A stretch of DNA of 64,000 bases. Source: an uncultured Actinomycetota bacterium (GTDB lineage Bacteria > Actinomycetota > Actinomycetes > S36-B12 > UBA10799). Made by a program: the position numbers and the translations under genes. A model generated the notes under the pieces. The model was not told the origin of the DNA. It did not search any database and was given only the letters and a program-made list of their open reading frames with translations. Where the stretch lies: assembly GCA_963732355.1 (NCBI GenBank), contig CAVSZD010000003.1, forward strand, positions 9,020-73,019. Reading direction: 5' to 3'. Within the stretch, counting starts at the first letter, position 1. The number at the start of each line of letters is the position of its first letter. Of the stretch, positions 58,108 to 64,000 are shown piece after piece.

Positions 58108-59766
58108 TCAGATGACCAGGATGTAGGCCACCGCGATCACGCTGATCAGGCAGACCACGAACAGTGGGATGCCGAACTTCACGAACGAGCCCATGCGGTA
58201 CCTGCCCGGCTGCATGACCATCATGTTCGACTGATGACTGAACGGGTTGATGAAGGTGAACGAGATGCACGTACCGATGAGGGCAAGCAGGATGATGGGG
58301 TCGACGCCCAGACCGGCGGCCAGAGTCAGCCCGACCGGGGTGAGGATAGAGGCCGCTGCCGCATTCGTCGTGATGTTCGTCAGGAGCGCGGTTGCCAGTG
58401 CCAACGTGATCACGACTGCAGTGAGGCTGCCCGCTGAGATCGTGGTGATCACATCGGACAGCACGTCTGCCAGGCCGCTCTCCACCACAACTGCGCCCAG
58501 ACCCACTGACCCGGCCAGGATGAACAGCACGTTCCAGTCCAGGGCTCGCACGGCGGCTCGTGGGGTGAGCACCCCGGTCACGACCATGAGCACGGCGCCG
58601 GTGAAAGCGGCCACCTCCACCCTGGCCAGACCGAAGGTCGCGGAGACGATGACCGCAGCCAGGATCGCCAGTGCCCAACGCGTCCGGCCCGGCTGCGGGG
58701 CCTTGCCCGCGGCATCCTGCCACAGGCCGATGTCGGAGTGCTCACGCAACGCATCGACGCTCTCGCACGTCAGGTAGATCGTGTCGCCTGCCTCGGCCCT
58801 CGTCTCCGGCAGCGGTTCGTCGGTGCGCGCGGCGATGACGTCGACGTCGCCATGGCCTTCAAGGTCGCCGAGCGTGCCGAGTTCGCCGGGGGCCACGGAG
58901 GCCGCGTACAGGCGCTGCTCGGAGAGCCCGAAGCGAGGGCTTCCCCACAAGGCGCTCACCCCGGACTCCGTGGCTTCGAACACTAAGGTGTCGCCGGCGG
59001 CAAGTGGCGTGTCAGGTTCGAGCTGGTCGTTCCCGCGATGTATCCCCAGCAGGCGGTACTCCTGGGTCGTCGCGATCCCGAGATCCTCGGCCACCCTGCC
59101 GATTCCGATGGCACCTGCGGCCACCGGCATCTCGACGCGCCAATCAAGGTCGACGTCGGGCGACTCCTGGGCGGCGCTGAACGCTCGCGGCGAAGCGATG
59201 AGTAGCCATACCCAGCCGATCACGCACACCGGCAGTGCGACCGCGGCGAATGAGAACATTCCCACTTCTACGCCCGAGTTGCCGGCAATGCCGGCGATCA
59301 ACAGGTTGGAGCTCGTACCGACCAGCGTTGTGGAACCGGCCAAGGTGGTCGCGTGGGCCATGGGCAGCAGCACCTGCCGGGCGGGGATGCCCCTGGTCTG
59401 CTGCAGCTCCTTCACGGCCGGGATCAGCATCGCCACAATGGGCGTCGTATTGATCAGCGCCGAGGTGATGCCGACGGGCACCACCAGGCGTCGCAGGGTC
59501 TGACCGGCGGTCTGGACGGTCGCCAGCAGTCGCCACGCCACGCGCGATACGACTCCGGTGTGGATCACGCCCTTGGCGATGACCAGCATCGCTGCGACGG
59601 TGATCACACCCCCGTTGCTGAGCCCCGAGAACAACTGGGACGGTTCGGCGATGCCGGTCACGGCCGCCGCTGCCAGACCGCAAGCGAGTGCCAGTACCGG
59701 CGGCACCTTCCCCGAGGCCATGCCCACCAGCGTCAGGATCACGATGGCGGCAGCCAGGTAGATCAT
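58108..59766 (-). CDS. SLC13/DASS family permease with central TrkA-C domains
   Basis: Multiple TM segments flank two RCK_C-like segments (GDTLVFEATESG..., GDTIYLTCES...). 552 aa. Confidence 0.8.
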   Translation of the reverse strand: MIYLAAAIVILTLVGMASGKVPPVLALACGLAAAAVTGIAEPSQLFSGLSNGGVITVAAMLVIAKGVIHTGVVSRVAWRLLATVQTAGQTLRRLVVPVGITSALINTTPIVAMLIPAVKELQQTRGIPARQVLLPMAHATTLAGSTTLVGTSSNLLIAGIAGNSGVEVGMFSFAAVALPVCVIGWVWLLIASPRAFSAAQESPDVDLDWRVEMPVAAGAIGIGRVAEDLGIATTQEYRLLGIHRGNDQLEPDTPLAAGDTLVFEATESGVSALWGSPRFGLSEQRLYAASVAPGELGTLGDLEGHGDVDVIAARTDEPLPETRAEAGDTIYLTCESVDALREHSDIGLWQDAAGKAPQPGRTRWALAILAAVIVSATFGLARVEVAAFTGAVLMVVTGVLTPRAAVRALDWNVLFILAGSVGLGAVVVESGLADVLSDVITTISAGSLTAVVITLALATALLTNITTNAAAASILTPVGLTLAAGLGVDPIILLALIGTCISFTFINPFSHQSNMMVMQPGRYRMGSFVKFGIPLFVVCLISVIAVAYILVI

Positions 59767-59857
59767 CTATGGTCCTCTCGGCGGTGTGCAGCGAAGGTTA
59801 CCGGAGAGTGAACGGTAGGTGCCTTTCGTACAGCAAAGTGCACCGATTCCGCATTCG

Positions 59858-60659
59858 TCAGACGGCGCTGCGCGCTGCGTCTTCGGAGAGTCGTTGTGCC
59901 AGGTAGATCGGAATGATCGAGATGACGACCAGGGCGGCGGCCACGACGTTCACGATGGGTGCCTGTTGGGGCCGGAAGAGGTTGTTGAAGATCCACAGGG
60001 GAAGTGTCTGGACTCCCGGACCGGCGGTGAACGTCGTCACGATGATCTCGTCGAAGGATAGACCCGAAGGCCAGCAGAGCTCCGGCTACCAGCGCCGCGC
60101 GCATGTTGGGGAAGACCACGTGACGGAAGGTGAAGGCCCTCGAGGCGCCGAGGTCCATCGACGCCTCGACGATGTCGCCTCCGAGCCTGCGCAGTCTGGC
60201 CGACACGTTGTTGAAGACCACGACGATGCAGAACGTTGCGTGGGCCACGACGAGTGTGAAGAAGGTCAATCCGCCCAAGAACGATGTGAACATCGTGTTC
60301 AATGCCAGACCGGTCACGATGCCGGGCAGGGCGATCGGAAGCACCACGAGCAGCGAGATGGTGTTGTGGCCGAAGAACTTCGTTCCCGAGAGTGCGAAAG
60401 ACACCAGCGTTCCAAGAACCAGTGCGATGAGGGTCGCGGCAGTAGCAACCAGGACCGACGTGAGAAGCGCACTGCGAACGCCCTCATTGTCGAACGCCTT
60501 GACCCACCATTCGAGCGTGAATCCCGGCGGTGGCCAGGTGAAGGTCAGGCTGGTGTTGAAGGAGTTGACAAGGATGATCAGCAGGGGGATGTAGATCAGC
60601 GCCAGCACGAGCGAGAAGATCGCCGCCAGTAGCCACTTCATCGGCTTGGTCATGGTCAT
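59858..60659 (-). pseudogene. potC: Polyamine ABC transporter permease, frameshifted
   Basis: The permease reads through LLAFG in one frame. LSFDEIIVTTFTAGPGVQTLPLWIFNNLFRP...AARSAV* is in another frame ending at 59858. There is one extra base near 60062. Confidence 0.75.
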
Positions 60660-60669
60660 GGGCGCGGCC

Positions 60670-61596
60670 TCACAGGTTGTCCAGGGCGCCCGTGCGGCGC
60701 ACTGCCGTCAGGTACCCGATCATGATGATTACCGTCATGCTCGCCACGGCCGCGGCAAAGGGCAGATCCGTAGAGAAGCTCTGGTAGACCACGTTTCCCA
60801 GCATCTGCGACTTACCCCCGACCAGCTGAACGGTGATGTAGTCCCCGAGGCTCAAGGAGAACGTGAAGATGGAACCCGCCACCAATGCGGGGAACACCAT
60901 CGGCAGCAGGACACTTCGGAAGGTTCTGGCTGAGGAAGCGCCGAGGTCCGATGAGGCGTCCAGCAAGGACTGCGGAACGTTCTGCATGCCCACGTACACC
61001 GGCAGGATCATATAGGGCAACCACAGGTAGGTGAGCACGACCACGACGGCGACCCATCCGAACCCGGGGCTGAAGCCGAAGGTCGACTCCAGGACGCCTC
61101 CCTCCGGGCTGAAGATGACACGCCATGCGTAGACCTTCACGAGGTAGGAGGCCCACAGGGGCGTGAGCATCAGCGCGATCATCAGCGGCTGCCAGCGCGG
61201 CGAGGCGACCCTGGCCATGAACAGGGAGATCGGTACCGCCAGGATCAGACAGATCACGGTGACGGCGATCGCCACTGCGAGGGTTCGTAGGGCGACGGTG
61301 ATGTAGGCGGGATCTGTGAAGAGCCGTTGGAAGTTCTCGAGGGTGAATGCCCGGATCAACTCGCCGGTGAATGAGTCAGTGGTCCAGAACGCGGTGACAA
61401 AAAGCATCGCCAACGGAACTACGTACAGCAGGACCAGCCACGCCATGGGCGCAGCCAGCAGTCCCGCGATGCGCGCGCCGCCGTGCCGGTGCACATAGCC
61501 CTGCCAACGGCGCACTGGGCTACTCGCCACGGAACTCACAATCTCTCCTCGTCTGTAGGCAACCGTGCGTGCCGGCGACCACTGGACCGCCGGCAC
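60670..61596 (-). CDS. potB: Polyamine ABC transporter permease
   Basis: Six TM segments and the EAA-type loop (DASSDLGASSARTFRSVLLP). The start is uncertain. Confidence 0.8.
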   Translation of the reverse strand: MPAVQWSPARTVAYRRGEIVSSVASSPVRRWQGYVHRHGGARIAGLLAAPMAWLVLLYVVPLAMLFVTAFWTTDSFTGELIRAFTLENFQRLFTDPAYITVALRTLAVAIAVTVICLILAVPISLFMARVASPRWQPLMIALMLTPLWASYLVKVYAWRVIFSPEGGVLESTFGFSPGFGWVAVVVVLTYLWLPYMILPVYVGMQNVPQSLLDASSDLGASSARTFRSVLLPMVFPALVAGSIFTFSLSLGDYITVQLVGGKSQMLGNVVYQSFSTDLPFAAAVASMTVIIMIGYLTAVRRTGALDNL

Positions 61597-61610
61597 GCAC
61601 GATTAGGTGC

Positions 61611-62795
61611 TCAGCTGGAACGCAGGCTGGTCCAGCTCGCCACCCAGTCCTTGTAGGGAACGCAGGTGACATCGGTCCGGCCGTCGAGGCACTGCTCGGT
61701 CGGTGTCGTCCAGTAGTAGACGTTCGTCCAGTAGTCCTCGGTGTCGGCGTGGAACTGGGCGCAGTGGTCCTCGTTCTCGGTCAGAGCACAGGACTTCTCG
61801 TTGGCCGGGGCCTCTCCGAAGTACTCGGCGATCTGCGCGTTGACCTCAGGCGAGACGATGTAGTCCAGCCACAGGTAGGAGCAGTTGGTGTTCGCCGTGT
61901 CCTTGGCCACCATCCAGGTGTCCGACCAGCCGGTCGCACCCTCGGTGGGCTTGGTCGCACCGACCACTTCGTCGTCAGCGTTGGCGGTGTTGGCGGTCAA
62001 CTGCCAGCCCTGGCCCTGAACGATCGAGCCGGTGGCCAGACCGTTGGCCTGCTTGGCGTAGTCCGCCCAGTACTCACCCACGAGCGGCTTCTGCTGCTCG
62101 AGCAGTGCGATGGCTGCGTCGAACTGGCTCTGATCCAGCGAGTAGGGGTTGGTGATCCCCAGGTCGGGCTGAGTAGCCATCAGGTAGACGGCCGCGTCGG
62201 CGATGTAGATCGCGTCGTCGTAGGGCGCCACCTTGCCGGCCAGCGGTGAGTCGGCCTCCCACATGTCCTTCCAGGACGTGGGCTCCTGCGTCTGCGCCTC
62301 CATGTTGTACAGCAGCAGGTTGGCGCCACGTCCGTGCGGGATGCCGTAGTTCACACCATCGACGGTGTTCCACTGCTTGTCCTTCAGGCCGGGGAAGATG
62401 TCGGCGTAGTTGGGCACCAGTGAGGTGTTCACCGGTTGCACCAGGTCGCCGTAGACCATGCGCAGCGAGGCGTCTCCGGAGGCGGAGACGACGTCATAGC
62501 CGCCCTTCTTGAACAGGTCGAAGGCCTCGTTGGACGTACCGAAGGTCTTTACGTCCACCTGGCAACCGGTCTGCTTCTCGAACGGGGTCACCCAGTCGAT
62601 GGCCGGATCGGTGGAACCGTCCTCGGCGTAGCCGGGCCATGCCAGCACGCTCAGTTGTCCCTCGCCGGCACCTACCGGTCCGGCAAATGCGGTCGCCTCA
62701 GGGGCCGCCGGTGAGCTCTCCGACGTGCTGCCGCTGTCCGAGCTGCAACCGGCCAGGGCGAGCCCGGCGACGGTCAACCCGGCGCCTATCTTCAT
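61611..62795 (-). CDS. potD: Polyamine ABC transporter substrate-binding lipoprotein
   Basis: ATG at 62795 gives MKIGAGLTVAGLALAGC (lipobox), followed by a PotD/PotF-like periplasmic binding fold. The listed ORF start at 63188 is an R/P/S-rich extension overlapping potA. Confidence 0.8.
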   Translation of the reverse strand: MKIGAGLTVAGLALAGCSSDSGSTSESSPAAPEATAFAGPVGAGEGQLSVLAWPGYAEDGSTDPAIDWVTPFEKQTGCQVDVKTFGTSNEAFDLFKKGGYDVVSASGDASLRMVYGDLVQPVNTSLVPNYADIFPGLKDKQWNTVDGVNYGIPHGRGANLLLYNMEAQTQEPTSWKDMWEADSPLAGKVAPYDDAIYIADAAVYLMATQPDLGITNPYSLDQSQFDAAIALLEQQKPLVGEYWADYAKQANGLATGSIVQGQGWQLTANTANADDEVVGATKPTEGATGWSDTWMVAKDTANTNCSYLWLDYIVSPEVNAQIAEYFGEAPANEKSCALTENEDHCAQFHADTEDYWTNVYYWTTPTEQCLDGRTDVTCVPYKDWVASWTSLRSS

Positions 62796-62859
62796 CAATC
62801 TGCTTCTTCGCACTTGCTTTCCTCCTGCGTGATGGGTCGACCGCCGGCATCTCCGACGG

Positions 62860-63912
62860 TCAGTTGGTGCCTGGGTGTGCAACGGGGTACTCGGAATCCA
62901 CGTCCCACAGGAGCGTGACCTCCTCGCCGATGGGGGCGACCACTTCGGCGTTCGCACGGTTGGGGACGTGGGCCACGAGCGCGTCGCCGGCTGGTGTGCG
63001 GATCGTGTAGCGGGTACCAGCGCCGAGGTAGACGACGTTGGCGACAGTGCCGTCTGCGCTGTGCTCGCCGGGTCCGGCAGCAGTGCCGGCAGCCCGGATG
63101 TGTAACTTCTCGGGGCGCAGGCTGAATGTGCCGGTCCTGCCCAGCAGCCTCTGGGCGCTGGCATCGTCGAGTAGGTTCGTCGTGCCAACGAAGCCCGCCA
63201 CGAACTCGGTGGCAGGGTGCTCGTAGACCTCGGCTGCGGTCCCGACCTGTTCGATGCCGCCGGCGTTGAAGACGGCGACGCGATCGGACATGGTCAGCGC
63301 TTCTTCCTGATCGTGGGTCACGAAGATGAAGGTGATGCCCACCTCGCGCTGGATGGCTTTCAGCTCGATCTGCATCTGCTCGCGCAACTTGAGGTCCAGG
63401 GCACCCAGTGGCTCATCCAGAAGCAGGACCCGTGGGTGGTTCACCAGCGCCCTGGCCAGCGCGACACGCTGGCGCTGGCCACCGGAGAGCTGCTTTGGCC
63501 GTCGGTCCGCGTAACCTTCCAGACGCACGCTGGCAAGAGCAGCAGTTGCCCGCTCCTTGCGCTGCGCCTTGGCGACCTTCTTCACTTTGAGCCCGTACTC
63601 CACGTTCTCGAGCACCGACATGTGCGGGAACAGTGCGTAGTCCTGGAATACGGTGTTCACGTCCCTGTCGAAAGGCGGCACCTGCGAAACGTCTACGCCG
63701 CCGAGGTGGATACTGCCTGCGCTGGGCAGCTCGAAGCCGGCGATCATGCGCAGCACCGTGGTTTTGCCGGACCCCGAAGGACCGAGAAGTGTCAGGAACT
63801 CGCCGTCGTACACGTCGAGATCAACATCCGAGACAGCCACCACTGCACCCGGGAACTCCTTGCGGAGACCACGGATGCTTATGGCGACATTCGGGGTCTG
63901 CTGGTCAGGCAT
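62860..63912 (-). CDS. potA: Polyamine ABC transporter ATP-binding protein
   Basis: [30 protein letters not shown] and a TOBE-like C-terminus. Confidence 0.88.
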   Translation of the reverse strand: MPDQQTPNVAISIRGLRKEFPGAVVAVSDVDLDVYDGEFLTLLGPSGSGKTTVLRMIAGFELPSAGSIHLGGVDVSQVPPFDRDVNTVFQDYALFPHMSVLENVEYGLKVKKVAKAQRKERATAALASVRLEGYADRRPKQLSGGQRQRVALARALVNHPRVLLLDEPLGALDLKLREQMQIELKAIQREVGITFIFVTHDQEEALTMSDRVAVFNAGGIEQVGTAAEVYEHPATEFVAGFVGTTNLLDDASAQRLLGRTGTFSLRPEKLHIRAAGTAAGPGEHSADGTVANVVYLGAGTRYTIRTPAGDALVAHVPNRANAEVVAPIGEEVTLLWDVDSEYPVAHPGTN

Positions 63913-64000
63913 TCATCACTTCCACACCAATTGTTCGGATCAGGTTAGAGCAGCGTAACCTACGGTTTCCGCAGTAGGTGGTAGAACAGGGCGTTGGAAT

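Noticed and set aside
62796-63188. The long N-terminal part of ORF 61611..63188, and likewise 56880..57182 and 31950..32117.
   Set aside because: These are R/P/S-rich extensions that overlap the upstream gene. Internal starts give a lipobox or signal peptide, or have a ribosome-binding site.

Overview
This is a high-GC, GC3-rich chromosomal segment with actinobacterial gene content and order. I could not run any search, so every product call rests on motifs read from the translations.

Layout:
- 1-11.1 kb is a conserved housekeeping block, all on the + strand: recN (3' end), pyrG, NUDIX hydrolase, ald, xerD, scpA, scpB, rluB, AroH-type chorismate mutase, prephenate dehydrogenase, cmk, der. 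All of these read intact.
- Next come a PD-(D/E)XK homing-endonuclease-like gene and tRNA-Pro(GGG).
- The remaining ~52 kb is a mixed accessory and metabolic region. It holds a TetR regulator with a membrane protein, two SxxK serine hydrolases, a Phd/ParE toxin-antitoxin pair, decayed surface-protein and esterase genes, an ABC-F ATPase, and an MFS transporter flanked by two collagen-like paralogs.
- It also holds a GGDEF cyclase, MerB-like and NYN proteins, a SWIM + SNF2 helicase pair, an M1 peptidase, a DUF222/HNH gene, a CbbX-like AAA+ ATPase cluster, two CYTH-type genes, an SLC13 permease and a potADBC operon.
- I found no rRNA, CRISPR array, transposase, integrase or prophage.

Most unusual signals:
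1. Dispersed long hairpin elements. Family A (~72-76 bp) and family B (78 bp) each occur four times, and a third type occurs once. All sit just 3' of stop codons and share a GTTG-rich core. One copy is bracketed by two different 18-bp tandem arrays.
2. At least 12 single-nucleotide frame disruptions between 13.5 and 60 kb, often at short homopolymers, and none in the housekeeping block. This is either indel-prone sequence or real gene decay.
3. Two unlisted micro-ORFs with strong ribosome-binding sites: a 33-aa ORF with its own promoter and intrinsic terminator upstream of a lipase gene, and a 38-aa membrane ORF translationally coupled to a SHOCT protein.
4. Compact clusters of unknown function: AAA+/LLM/SHOCT/micro-ORF/SDR, and CYTH/secreted protein/CYTH-like.

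I cannot support a named defence or other system from the sequence alone. The candidates above are where I would look first.
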